Positions 29,202 through 38,670 of a DNA stretch of 64,000 nt are shown here, in pieces. The first letter of the stretch is position 1. Every line of letters starts with the position of its first letter. A program made the translations under genes and the position numbers. The notes under the pieces are model-generated. The model was not told the origin of the DNA. It saw only the letters and a program-made list of their open reading frames with translations, and searched no databases. Location of the stretch: assembly GCA_965206845.1 (NCBI GenBank), contig OZ242221.1, positions 928,001-992,000 on the forward strand, in the 5' to 3' direction. Origin of the DNA: Cenarchaeum sp. GTDB lineage: Archaea > Thermoproteota > Nitrososphaeria > Nitrososphaerales > Nitrosopumilaceae.

Positions 29202-29849
29202 TCAAAAGATGTGCCCCGAGTCTGCGCCGTCAAAGTTTATGGTGACGCCTGACAGGTATCCTATCTTGCTCTGCACTATGCCCCGGACAAAATCCCCGAT
29301 CTCCGACGGCCTGCCCATCCGTCCCATGGGGAGGGATGCGGCGCGCCCGCTTACATCCTGGAACAGTTCCCGGGTGCGGTCCGTGTCGATTAGGCCGGGG
29401 GCGATGTTTATGCAGCTGACGCCCCTCCGGGCAAACTCCCTGCTGAGCACCTTGAAGACGCTGGAGAACGCGGCCCTGTAGGCGCCAGATATCACGAGCT
29501 TGGGGTTCGGCTCCTTGATGACGCCGGAGCTAATCAGGAAGATGTATCCGCCGTCCCTCACGGCGATGCCCTTTAGCAGCAGGCAGAATCCCACGAAGAG
29601 CTGGTTGTGGTACTTGAGCCAGTCCTCCTCTGTGACATCGCCAAACTCCTTGGGGGGCGGCCCGCCCGTATTTAGAACCAGGATGTCGGTCTCCGGGTGT
29701 TCCCCGGCAAACCGCCGTACGCTGTCAAGATCCGATGTGTCCAGCTGGCTCCTGGAGGTGGCCAGCACGCTGCATCCCATGGACCGGAGGGACGCGGCGA
29801 TGGCCTTGCCGATTCCCCGGGAGCCGCCCGCCACTATGGCATCAGTCAT
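29202..29849 (-). CDS. SDR family oxidoreductase
   Basis: AGGSRGIG, NTGGPP, PMGRMG. Confidence 0.88.
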   Translation of the reverse strand: MTDAIVAGGSRGIGKAIAASLRSMGCSVLATSRSQLDTSDLDSVRRFAGEHPETDILVLNTGGPPPKEFGDVTEEDWLKYHNQLFVGFCLLLKGIAVRDGGYIFLISSGVIKEPNPKLVISGAYRAAFSSVFKVLSREFARRGVSCINIAPGLIDTDRTRELFQDVSGRAASLPMGRMGRPSEIGDFVRGIVQSKIGYLSGVTINFDGADSGHIF

Positions 29850-29875
29850 ACGGGTATACCGGGCACGGTACGGGA

Positions 29876-30115
29876 TTAAATCTCTTTAATCTCGGTGATG
29901 GTGGCAAATACCGAGTCCATTCTCACCACCGCCTTCTTGCCGGGCCAGCCCAGGGCCACGTACCAGTCGCCGGTCTCGTCGTGGTATTTGGTCTCCAAGG
30001 CCTTGATGTCCTGCGGACCGACGTCATACATTTTGGCGATGCCTGCCATTCCCAGAGATATGGCGCTCTTCTCGTTCTCCAACCGTCTCTTCATCAGGCC
30101 GATGCCAGGAGTCAT
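29876..30115 (-). CDS. Small hypothetical protein
   Basis: 79-aa tail of the longer ORF looks protein-like (MTPGIGLMKRR...WYVALGW...ITEIKEI); the upstream part overlaps the S2P gene. Confidence 0.65.
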   Translation of the reverse strand: MTPGIGLMKRRLENEKSAISLGMAGIAKMYDVGPQDIKALETKYHDETGDWYVALGWPGKKAVVRMDSVFATITEIKEI

Positions 30116-30192
30116 GATGTGTGGCGCGGCTATGTGTCTAATAAACTGGTTGGACGTGGATCTCTCCAAGCCGGCAGGTATTGCAGGATCGC

Positions 30193-31392
30193 CTAGATGC
30201 TGATCCAGCCAGACTTCCAGTAGGAGAGCGCGATATTCAGGATGAACAGGGCAAACGTGAACGCGTAGATCCCCAGCATTATGCCGTTTACGCTCTTCTC
30301 TGGAACCTTCTGGTCTATTATGCTGTGGATGAACTTGCCGCCGTCCAGTATGGGTAGCGGCAGCATGTTGATAATTCCAATAAAGAACGAGATCATCCAC
30401 AGCCACAGCAGAAACAGCGAGAGCTGGGCGTTGTCCCACTGGATAAAGTCGTAGATGGGCTTGTAGGCAAAGGAGCTGTCCCTCATGATTCCGATGAGGC
30501 CGCGCCCGGAATCGTCGGGGGCCGGCATTATCTCCACAGGAAACTCCAGGGACTCCTCTCCCCTCAGCACGGTAATATCCACGGTCTGGCCTGGCGACAG
30601 ATCAAGCCCCGCAAAGTCCGCCGGCGTTGCAATCCGGGCATCGTCTATCTGGATTATGATGTCATTGGCAAGCATGCCTGCGCTCTCCGCGCCAAAGCCC
30701 TCGATGATGGAGAGCACCATCATGCCGTCAGGAGACTCGTAAAAGGCCCCCACGACAGGCTCCGGCAGGACGATGGCAAAGATCGGATTGGTGAGCAGCA
30801 GCGCGGCCAGAACCATGGAGAATGCCACGTTCGCGGTTGCGCCCGCGCCGATTACCCGCAGCTTTGAGATCTTCTTTGCCTTGGCGAACTCCTCCTCGTC
30901 GGGCTCCACAAAACCCGCAAACAGAGCTATAAAGATGGCAAACCCGCCCGTCTTGATCTTGATCTTCTCCAGAGTGGCCACTATGCCGTGCGCCCCCTCG
31001 TGCATCACCAGCACTATAGGAATGGAGAGAAGGAAGTACAGGATCGCAGTGGACGATGTCAGAGTGACGCCGGGAATGAGCACCGTCACCTCTGCAAAGG
31101 CACTAGGCTCTACAAAGAAGTTTGATATGTTTGAGAGCAGAAACCAGAACGCAAAACCCATCATCGCAAACCCCGCCACCACGCTGAGGTCGGCAAAGAC
31201 CGCGATGCCTCTTCTGGTCCTGGACAGTACCTTGGTCAGCAGATCCTGGATCCCCCGGTTCTTGTAGACCAGGCTGTATGCCTTGATCTCAAAACCGTGC
31301 CTGTCCAGCCGCAGCCCCTTGGCCGTTACGACCATCACCACCCAAGCTATGAGCACATAGATGATGGCATTCTCCGTGATGAAATCGAGCAC
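30193..31392 (-). CDS. Site-2 protease (M50) with PDZ domain
   Basis: HEGAH, NMLPLPILDGG, central PDZ. Confidence 0.92.
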   Translation of the reverse strand: MLDFITENAIIYVLIAWVVMVVTAKGLRLDRHGFEIKAYSLVYKNRGIQDLLTKVLSRTRRGIAVFADLSVVAGFAMMGFAFWFLLSNISNFFVEPSAFAEVTVLIPGVTLTSSTAILYFLLSIPIVLVMHEGAHGIVATLEKIKIKTGGFAIFIALFAGFVEPDEEEFAKAKKISKLRVIGAGATANVAFSMVLAALLLTNPIFAIVLPEPVVGAFYESPDGMMVLSIIEGFGAESAGMLANDIIIQIDDARIATPADFAGLDLSPGQTVDITVLRGEESLEFPVEIMPAPDDSGRGLIGIMRDSSFAYKPIYDFIQWDNAQLSLFLLWLWMISFFIGIINMLPLPILDGGKFIHSIIDQKVPEKSVNGIMLGIYAFTFALFILNIALSYWKSGWISI

Positions 31393-31436
31393 TGGTAATC
31401 TGTTACTTTTTTTAACTGCGTCATTTATCGTTTTGT

Positions 31437-31748
31437 ATGAAGCCTGCCATCATACTCTCCACGTATCCAGACAGGGAGTCCATCACCAAGATCGCAGACA
31501 GGCTGGTCCGGGACAGGCTTGCCGCCTGCGTCAACATATCCCGGGTTGAGTCGATATATTCGTGGCAGGGCAAGATAGAGAACGCGCCGGAGTTTCTGGC
31601 CCTGTTCAAGACCACGCAGGCAAACAAGGACAGGCTCAGGGAGCAGATAGAGAAGACTCACCCGTACCAGGTTCCGGAGGTAATCGAGATTGCCGCCCCC
31701 TCGATAAACGAGCCTTACCTAAAGTGGTTGGCAGAGTCCACGCTCTAA
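31437..31748 (+). CDS. cutA: Divalent cation tolerance protein CutA
   Basis: RLAACVN, SIYSWQGKIE, HPYQVPE. Confidence 0.93.
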   Translation: MKPAIILSTYPDRESITKIADRLVRDRLAACVNISRVESIYSWQGKIENAPEFLALFKTTQANKDRLREQIEKTHPYQVPEVIEIAAPSINEPYLKWLAESTL

Positions 31749-32794
31749 GATACGGAGAACCTCAGGAGCGCCACCACGCCCCCCAGGCCGTCTACCCTCA
31801 GCCCCACGTCGGTGCTTGAGTCCACGCTGTATGTCTTGGCCCCTTGGGCCTGAACCTCGTTGATGAGGCCGATGGCCGCGTCCTCGTCTGTCTCCTGCAG
31901 GAGCTTTTCGGAGAATACCAGGGAGTCTACGGCCCCAAGGCGGCCGGCCCTCTTGGTCTCCTCGATCCCCATGGCAAACCTGGCGCTCTTCTTGCTTGCC
32001 AGCGTCATGATCTCGTCTATGATCGATGAGACGCGCGCCAGCTTGCTCTCCGATATTGCCTCCCTCATCGAGTCGGACTTTGTGAAGGTGTAGAGCCCGT
32101 CCTCGCCGCTGGAGTCCACACCCTCGGTGACCAGAATCCGGTGGCCCTTTCCAAGCCGGGATGCCTGGAGGTGGTTTGCCAGCCTGTTCTTTGTCTGCCC
32201 CGGGCCGAATATTATCACGACATCGTTCTTTTTTACCATGCTTGCTAGCGCCACCCTGACCTCGTCAAAGAACCCCTCGATCTTAAACGAGCTCTTGTAC
32301 CTCTTTCCGCTGTAACCGGAGTAGATGTTTGGTATGGTGTGCAGATGGGTTCCCTTCAGCCTTCCTATTCCGCAGTCGCTCGTGTCTATTGCAACCAGCA
32401 CGAACCCCGCGCCGCCCTGGCTGGACTTGAGCAGGGCCCGGTGCAGGCCGGACCACGTCCTCTTGGTCAGCGTGAAGCTGTCGTTTGGCTTTATCACAAG
32501 GGAGTGGTGCGACCTTCGGGGCACGGCCTCATTGTTTGATTCTGCAATCACCCCCTGGATGCGGAGCCTGTCCAGCCGGTAGTCCAGGCCGACCCGCTCC
32601 ACGTCCAAGGCTATCCTTATCCTGACCCTCTGGCCGCTGTCGGGGCGGGCGTACTCCCTGTCGAGCTTTATCACCCTGGTGGTGTCTGAGACCACCCGGT
32701 CGTCCCTGTCGATTACCCTTCTTAACGTCAGCAGGTCGTCTGGCTCCTCGGCGGTGACCGCCACCGAGCCGTCGCTGATTCTCTTGCAGATCAT
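31745..32794 (-). CDS. pelA: mRNA surveillance protein Pelota
   Basis: EEPDDL..L, HHSL, eRF1 domains, LGGVVALLRF. Confidence 0.9.
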   Translation of the reverse strand: MICKRISDGSVAVTAEEPDDLLTLRRVIDRDDRVVSDTTRVIKLDREYARPDSGQRVRIRIALDVERVGLDYRLDRLRIQGVIAESNNEAVPRRSHHSLVIKPNDSFTLTKRTWSGLHRALLKSSQGGAGFVLVAIDTSDCGIGRLKGTHLHTIPNIYSGYSGKRYKSSFKIEGFFDEVRVALASMVKKNDVVIIFGPGQTKNRLANHLQASRLGKGHRILVTEGVDSSGEDGLYTFTKSDSMREAISESKLARVSSIIDEIMTLASKKSARFAMGIEETKRAGRLGAVDSLVFSEKLLQETDEDAAIGLINEVQAQGAKTYSVDSSTDVGLRVDGLGGVVALLRFSVS

Positions 32795-32827
32795 GGCGCC
32801 TCGTGACACGGTGGAGAAAAAAAGGAG

Positions 32828-33250
32828 TCAGCCAATAATCTTCTTTATGTTTGAGGTCTGCTCCGGGGCCTTCTTCTTCGCGTAGTTTTCCGCCCACTCC
32901 GGCGTGATGACTCCGGCCTCGGTCAGGTTGACAAGGGTGTTTGACGATGCCTCGCCGCTTGCCTTGCCGTTGTACCGCCTTATCTGCCGCCATTTCATGC
33001 TGGTGTTGCCGCTCTTTGAGGTATATATGATTCCCAGAACGTCCCTGGCGTTGACAAAGGTAATGTCCCTGATCTTTTTGAGGGTTGCCTTGTCGGCCGC
33101 CTCCACGTATACGGCGCCCAGCTTCTCGTCCCTCTCCGGAAAGACCTCAAAATCCTCCAGATATCTCCTGGGGGCGTAGGAGCTGCATGTGCTGGTCATG
33201 ATAAACTTCCTAAAACTCTCAAGCGAGCATGGGATCTCAATTTGGGTCAT
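32828..33250 (-). CDS. Hypothetical protein
   Basis: 140-aa ORF with typical codon usage and an upstream AT-rich promoter-like region. Confidence 0.75.
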   Translation of the reverse strand: MTQIEIPCSLESFRKFIMTSTCSSYAPRRYLEDFEVFPERDEKLGAVYVEAADKATLKKIRDITFVNARDVLGIIYTSKSGNTSMKWRQIRRYNGKASGEASSNTLVNLTEAGVITPEWAENYAKKKAPEQTSNIKKIIG

Positions 33251-33282
33251 TACAACTAAAGAGAGTCAGCTATTTATCAAGT

Positions 33283-33530
33283 TTATCAGAACTCTGTGAA
33301 ATACAGTTGGTGGAACTGCCGTTCCCATTCCGCCTAACCACAGATCCTGTCCTTCTGCAAAGACCGAACCCCCCTGACGGAGAACCGAACCTTCCCCGGA
33401 CTGCCAACAAAGCGGAGTCGCTCTAACTTCAGTCTGTACGCGGGCATGTCTCAAAACATGTCGGGTCGCAAAATCGGTGCCAGAACGGAATCGTTCCGGC
33501 ACCGCCTGCGTTTTACGAAGAACCTGATAA
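33283..33530. mobile_element. MITE-like element, family B copy 1
   Basis: ~30-bp imperfect TIRs ttatcagaactctgtgaaatacagttggtg / caccgcctgcgttttacgaagaacctgataa; internal part homologous to 49008-49140. Confidence 0.65.
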
Positions 33531-33679
33531 TATAATGTACAAATCAGACATTTTTAACTTGGGAATTCCGGTTCTGTGCAGTCCTGGCGATATGGGCACC
33601 AGTCTCCAGACGGCGCGATGCCACATTCTCCGTTCAGGCGCACACACTTTGGGGAACCTGCCTCAGGCGCGATGCAGCC

Positions 33680-34816
33680 TCATGCTCCGGACGATGTGGC
33701 CAGTCCCTTGCAGAGCATGTATGCCGCAGCATAGCCCGGAACCGTCACCTGCTCGCTGTCATACGGTCCAAACGCGTGGCCCTTCAGCCTAAAGGCCACA
33801 GGGCACCTAGCCGTTACCGTAACCGGCCCGTCGTCCAGAACGCAGGCATCCACGTGGGGATCAAAGGAGTCAAGATCCCCGCACGGCACCTTTGCCATTC
33901 CGCTCTTGCCGTTCAGGGAGTCAGGCATCCTGAAGATTCTGTGCACGTCCGTGGTGACCTGCGGGTCGATCCTGGCCCCTATCGTGCCGGCGATCTCCCT
34001 GAGGCTCCTCTGGTAGCTGTCGTACGCATCGCCGTCAATCTGCGAGATGAACCTTTTGCGGCCCGTCTTGTTTACAAAGATCCCCTTGGCCACGCGCCCT
34101 GCCCATCCGGCATCCCCAAGCTCCGGAAGCGTCTTTTGGAGATCCCTCTTTGGCTGCCGCCTTGTCACCCCAAACCTTTCAGGGACGGCGCCGTTGAACC
34201 GTATATAGTCCACCAGCTCGCCCCGTTCCCTGGAGTTCAGCTGCTCAAAGTGCGGGGCGTGTGCGTGGACGTGAAACCCCTCATTCCCGGAAAAATATAC
34301 CCGAATGCTCCCCTCCGGCATGCCAAAGTCACGGACAAGTATGTCCTCCAGCTTTCGCACCTCCTTCTTGGACGCGTCGATGCAGTCCCTGCAGGCAACC
34401 GACTTGGAGTCGAGCTTTGCAGAGCCGCAGGCGCGGCAGGCAGACGCGTCCCGGGATACGGCCATGCAGTCGCCGCACCGGTACACCGTGTGGCCCGCCC
34501 TGCACTCCAGATTAAGATCCTTTGCGTCGATATCAAAGATGAGATCCGCCCCCTTCCAGTCCTTCTCGTTCATCGGCAGGTCCGGAAAGGAGTAGTATGC
34601 GTTGGAGCAGTAGACGTCAGACGGCGAGTTCGATACCAGCATGACGCGCAGGGCGCCGTCGTCCCTCATGGCCAGGTGCCGGTTCATGCCGCCGTTGAAC
34701 CTCTGGTATCCAAACTCGCGCCGCCCCATCTTGTGCGGCACGTGAATCCTGCCGACGTTCTCAAAATAGTACCTCTTGAAGAGCCCCTCTAGGAGCGCCG
34801 CGTCGTCCTCATTCAT
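33680..34816 (-). CDS. priS: DNA primase small subunit
   Basis: REFG, ADLIFDIDAKD, FSGNEGFHVH, IDPQVTTDVHRIFRMP.SLN.KSG. Confidence 0.94.
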   Translation of the reverse strand: MNEDDAALLEGLFKRYYFENVGRIHVPHKMGRREFGYQRFNGGMNRHLAMRDDGALRVMLVSNSPSDVYCSNAYYSFPDLPMNEKDWKGADLIFDIDAKDLNLECRAGHTVYRCGDCMAVSRDASACRACGSAKLDSKSVACRDCIDASKKEVRKLEDILVRDFGMPEGSIRVYFSGNEGFHVHAHAPHFEQLNSRERGELVDYIRFNGAVPERFGVTRRQPKRDLQKTLPELGDAGWAGRVAKGIFVNKTGRKRFISQIDGDAYDSYQRSLREIAGTIGARIDPQVTTDVHRIFRMPDSLNGKSGMAKVPCGDLDSFDPHVDACVLDDGPVTVTARCPVAFRLKGHAFGPYDSEQVTVPGYAAAYMLCKGLATSSGA

Positions 34817-35828
34817 ACAGCGTACGTCTCCTGCCGAACTGTAGCGGGTTTGTTATGCCGCGGCACTCTGCGGTCTCAAAGCACAGATCGTTGCTCTTTA
34901 TCTTGGTGCACGACGGGCAGACGTATCCGGTTGTGCCGTCGCCCCCGCTGGCGATGTGGTTGAGCTGGTACCGCGTTATCTTCTCGTTATAGTCCGGGGC
35001 GCTCTTGAAGAGAGGCACTATCTCATCCACGGGCGTGCCGCGGGAGAGCAGGTATGATGCCAGCATAAACCGTCCCGAATGCGGCAGGTTCTTGCCGTCC
35101 TCCAGCTCCTTGATGGCATGCTTGATGCACGGGGGATAGCCTACAGATACAATCGGCGCGGTGTAGAACCGTTTTGCCAGCTGGGCCAGCCTCCACACCG
35201 GTTCCTCAAAGTTCGGCAGCATGGGGGGCTGGGCGGCAGACTGGATCCTGTCGGCGATGTATCTGTTCAGCTGCTGCCTGATCAGCCTGACCACCTCGTG
35301 CCGGTTCAGAAACACCTTTCCGCCGTCCACCCGCCGGTTGACCAGCTTCCACGGGAGCTCGTGAAAGAACACGGAGCGGCGGACATAGTCCTGGATCGGA
35401 ATCACAAAGTCCCGCCCCCGTCTCTCTATGCTTACTGAGAAGAGATCCTCAATGATCTTTGTGGCCGGATACTCCTTGGTGGTGTCGCGAAGATCCCCGA
35501 GGTCGCTCTCCAGATAGTGCTCTGCCCTGCGCGATTCCGCCATGACAAACTTGTTGACGAGCGCCCCGGATCTTCCCAGCTTCAGCAGAACCGTGGCTAT
35601 CAGAAACGAGAAGACCTCCATATCCAGCGTATACCCCTCAAGGATCTCTGACTTGTCGACGCCCCCGTCGACGGCTAGCTTTATTCTGTCATATGCCTTC
35701 TCGATGATCTTCTTCAGATCGGGATCGGAGCCGAACTTCTCTATGGTAAAGCTGGGATCCTGAAGATGCCTACCGGCATCGGGAAGAAACGGGTACTTTG
35801 CCATCTCGACAGACCCTATGTCGACCAT
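34809..35828 (-). CDS. priL: DNA primase large subunit
   Basis: AKYPFL, YPPCIK, NLPHSGRFMLA, PDYNEKITRYQ, Fe-S cysteines. Confidence 0.93.
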   Translation of the reverse strand: MVDIGSVEMAKYPFLPDAGRHLQDPSFTIEKFGSDPDLKKIIEKAYDRIKLAVDGGVDKSEILEGYTLDMEVFSFLIATVLLKLGRSGALVNKFVMAESRRAEHYLESDLGDLRDTTKEYPATKIIEDLFSVSIERRGRDFVIPIQDYVRRSVFFHELPWKLVNRRVDGGKVFLNRHEVVRLIRQQLNRYIADRIQSAAQPPMLPNFEEPVWRLAQLAKRFYTAPIVSVGYPPCIKHAIKELEDGKNLPHSGRFMLASYLLSRGTPVDEIVPLFKSAPDYNEKITRYQLNHIASGGDGTTGYVCPSCTKIKSNDLCFETAECRGITNPLQFGRRRTLYE

Positions 35829-35891
35829 GAATCGGTTTGCCCGCCTGCGCTTAAAAAGCTGGTTTAAATTATCTGGGAGGAATCCAAGGAC

Positions 35892-36731
35892 ATGAAGGTC
35901 GGCTGCCACGTGTCAATCTCGGGCGGGGTGGACAGGGCAGTCGACAACGCAGTCGAGAGGAAGTGCCTTGCATTTCAGATCTTTACCAGAAATCCCCGCG
36001 GCTGGAGGGCAAAGGAGCTGGGCGAGACGGAGATCTCAGAGTACAGGAGAAAGCTCGACGCAAGCGACATCGACCGGCACGCCACATGCGCCCACATGCC
36101 ATACCTGCCCAACCTGGCATCCACAAACAGCGACGCGCACCAGAAATCCGTAGACACACTCGTCGGCGAGGTCCGGCGGTGCGGGGATCTGGGAATCCCG
36201 TACCTGGTCACGCACTTGGGAAGCCATCTGGGCGCCGGCGAGGAGGCCGGCATCAGGCAGCTGGTCATGGCATACACCAAGGCGGCCGGGGTAAGAAACG
36301 ACGTGACCATTCTGCTGGAGAATACAGCGGGGCAGAAGAACTCCGTAGGCTCGGAGTTTGGCCAGCTGGGATCCATCCTGTCGCAGCTGGAGCCGCAGGA
36401 GCGGTTTGGCGTGTGCATCGACACGTGCCATGCCTTTGTTTACGGGTACGACCTGAGAACCCCGGATGCGGTCAGGGAGGCGTTTGCGAGGTTTGATGAC
36501 GCCGTGGGCTTTGAGCGCCTGAAGATCCTGCACCTGAACGATGCCAGGGGGGAGATGGGCTCCAGGCTGGACCGGCACTATCACATAGGCCTCGGGCACA
36601 TAGGCATGGAGGGCATCGGGGCCGTGGCAAGGCTGGCAGGCAAGAAGGGGATACCCATCATACTCGAGACCCCCATAGACGACACCCGGGACGACTTTGA
36701 AAACATCAGGATAGTCAAGGGGTTAACATAA
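35892..36731 (+). CDS. nfo: Endonuclease IV
   Basis: GCHVSISGG, HMPYLPNL, ENTAGQ, CIDTCH, HLND, LETP. Confidence 0.95.
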   Translation: MKVGCHVSISGGVDRAVDNAVERKCLAFQIFTRNPRGWRAKELGETEISEYRRKLDASDIDRHATCAHMPYLPNLASTNSDAHQKSVDTLVGEVRRCGDLGIPYLVTHLGSHLGAGEEAGIRQLVMAYTKAAGVRNDVTILLENTAGQKNSVGSEFGQLGSILSQLEPQERFGVCIDTCHAFVYGYDLRTPDAVREAFARFDDAVGFERLKILHLNDARGEMGSRLDRHYHIGLGHIGMEGIGAVARLAGKKGIPIILETPIDDTRDDFENIRIVKGLT

Positions 36732-36757
36732 TTAACCCGCTTGTTGCGGCAAGATTC

Positions 36758-38215
36758 GTGGGATACGACAGCGTGATGAAGCTTGCCTTGGAGAGGGGGT
36801 TCTATTTCCCGAGCTGCGAGATATACAGCGACTCCCAGGCGGGGTTCTGGGAGTACGGCCCCACCGGCCTGAGCCTAAAGAACAAGTTCCTTGAGCTGTG
36901 GCGGAGGGAGCTGGTGAGGCGCGACCAGATGATCGAGATAGACGGCTCCCAGATCATGTCGCGGTCCGTCTTTGAGGCGTCAGGGCACCTGGAGAGCTTT
37001 GCGGATCCCATAGTCAAGTGCACCGGGTGCGGGGCCACCTTCAGGGCGGACAGGATGATCTCCGAGGCCGGAGGGCTGGAGATTCCGGAGAACGCCGGGC
37101 TGGAGGAGTTCGATCAGGCCATACTGCAAAACGGCATCAGGTGCGCCAAGTGCGGCCACGATCTTGGGCCCGCCAGAAGGTTCAACATGATGTTTCGGGT
37201 GGGCATAGGCCCAGACGGCGAGGAGGCATACCTGAGGCCGGAGACATGCCAGTCGATCTTTGTCGACTTTCCCAGGATCTTCAAGACCATGCGGGGCAGG
37301 CTTCCGTTGGGGATAGCCCAGGCCGGCAAGAGCTTCAGAAACGAGATCTCCCCGCGGCAGAGCCTCCTCAGGCTGAGGGAGTTCTACCAGGCAGAGATAG
37401 AGGTGTTCTGCAACCCCGCCAACCTGAACGACCTGAAAAAATTCGCGCGCCTACAGGATACCGTGATCCGCATCCAGACGGGGGCAGAGCCAAAGGCCAT
37501 GACATGCCGGGAGGCCGTGCAGTCTGGTGCCGTACCCAGCGAGTTTGTGGCGTACTATCTGGGAATGCTGGCAGAGTTCTACCAGAAGACCGGAATCGAC
37601 ATGGAGCGGAGCCGCTTCAGGAGGCTGGGCGACAAGGAGAAGGCGTTCTATGCGGAGGCGGCCTTTGACTTTGAGGTGGAGACCACGACGGGGTGGCTGG
37701 AGCTTGTCGCCTGCAACTACAGGTCCGACTACGACCTGGGCTGCCATGCCAGAAAGAGCAAAGAAAAGTTCGAGGTGATGGACGGCGACCAGAAGGTGCT
37801 GCCGCATGTATTTGAGATATCCATGGGAATCGACCGCAGCCTGTACACGATTCTGGAGCACGGCCTGAGGGACGACAGGGAGAACGAGAGGACGGTCCTG
37901 TCCATAGTGCCGTACCTGGCGCCTGTCCACGTGGGGGTTCTGTCGCTGGTAAAGAAGGGGGGGCTTCGGGAGAAGACCGACGAGGTGTTTGACTCCCTGA
38001 AGACAAAGGTCGACGCCTTTCTGGATCACTCGGGCGCCATAGGGAGAAGGTACAGGAGGCTGGACGAGATCGGCGTCCCCTACGCGCTGACGGTGGACCA
38101 CCAGACGCTGGAGGACGGCACCGTCACCATAAGGGAGCGCGACTCGATGGAGCAGAGGCGGATACGGCTTGCCGATGTCACAGGCGAGATCACGGGCCTG
38201 GTCTCCTTTCCCTAG
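36758..38215 (+). CDS. glyS: Glycine--tRNA ligase (alpha2 type)
   Basis: YLRPETCQ, GKSFRNEISPR, REFYQAEIE, IGRRYRRLDEIG. Confidence 0.95.
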   Translation: MGYDSVMKLALERGFYFPSCEIYSDSQAGFWEYGPTGLSLKNKFLELWRRELVRRDQMIEIDGSQIMSRSVFEASGHLESFADPIVKCTGCGATFRADRMISEAGGLEIPENAGLEEFDQAILQNGIRCAKCGHDLGPARRFNMMFRVGIGPDGEEAYLRPETCQSIFVDFPRIFKTMRGRLPLGIAQAGKSFRNEISPRQSLLRLREFYQAEIEVFCNPANLNDLKKFARLQDTVIRIQTGAEPKAMTCREAVQSGAVPSEFVAYYLGMLAEFYQKTGIDMERSRFRRLGDKEKAFYAEAAFDFEVETTTGWLELVACNYRSDYDLGCHARKSKEKFEVMDGDQKVLPHVFEISMGIDRSLYTILEHGLRDDRENERTVLSIVPYLAPVHVGVLSLVKKGGLREKTDEVFDSLKTKVDAFLDHSGAIGRRYRRLDEIGVPYALTVDHQTLEDGTVTIRERDSMEQRRIRLADVTGEITGLVSFP

Positions 38216-38669
38216 CGTCTGCTAGGGCCTTTCGCATGTTGTCAATGTGCGAGCCGTGCCAATAGAGCTTGCCGCAGCCAGTGCACCTCCAGATGTCGTG
38301 GGCCTCCGATATCCGGGCGGGCACTGCCCCGGATTCTGGCCCGTCGTCCCGCCGCAGGGTGCCGTTGCATACGGTGCACCGGGCGCGGCTGCAGTCGATC
38401 CTCAGATCCCCCAGCCCAAGCCTTGCGGCGATCTCCAGGGTGTGTGCCACTGGATCGCGCCCGGCAGGACATACCGCCAGAATGCCGGCCTTCTGCGCCC
38501 GGCGGTACAGCGCCGCATCCTTTGTGATGAGAACGCGGTTCTCCCTTGCCGCGGTCTCCAGCAGGGCGTCGTCCCCGGCATCTGACTGGTATGTTGCATC
38601 AAACCCCAGAATCCTCAGCTTCCGTGTAGTCCTGCCCAGCATCGCATCGACGGCAAACCGGTGCCCCAA
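38190..38669 (-). CDS. Mut7-C RNase domain protein
   Basis: FAVDAMLGR..RKLRILGFD, RCTVCN, CTGCGKLYWHGSH. Confidence 0.9.
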   Translation of the reverse strand: MGHRFAVDAMLGRTTRKLRILGFDATYQSDAGDDALLETAARENRVLITKDAALYRRAQKAGILAVCPAGRDPVAHTLEIAARLGLGDLRIDCSRARCTVCNGTLRRDDGPESGAVPARISEAHDIWRCTGCGKLYWHGSHIDNMRKALADARERRPGP

Positions 38670-38670
38670 C

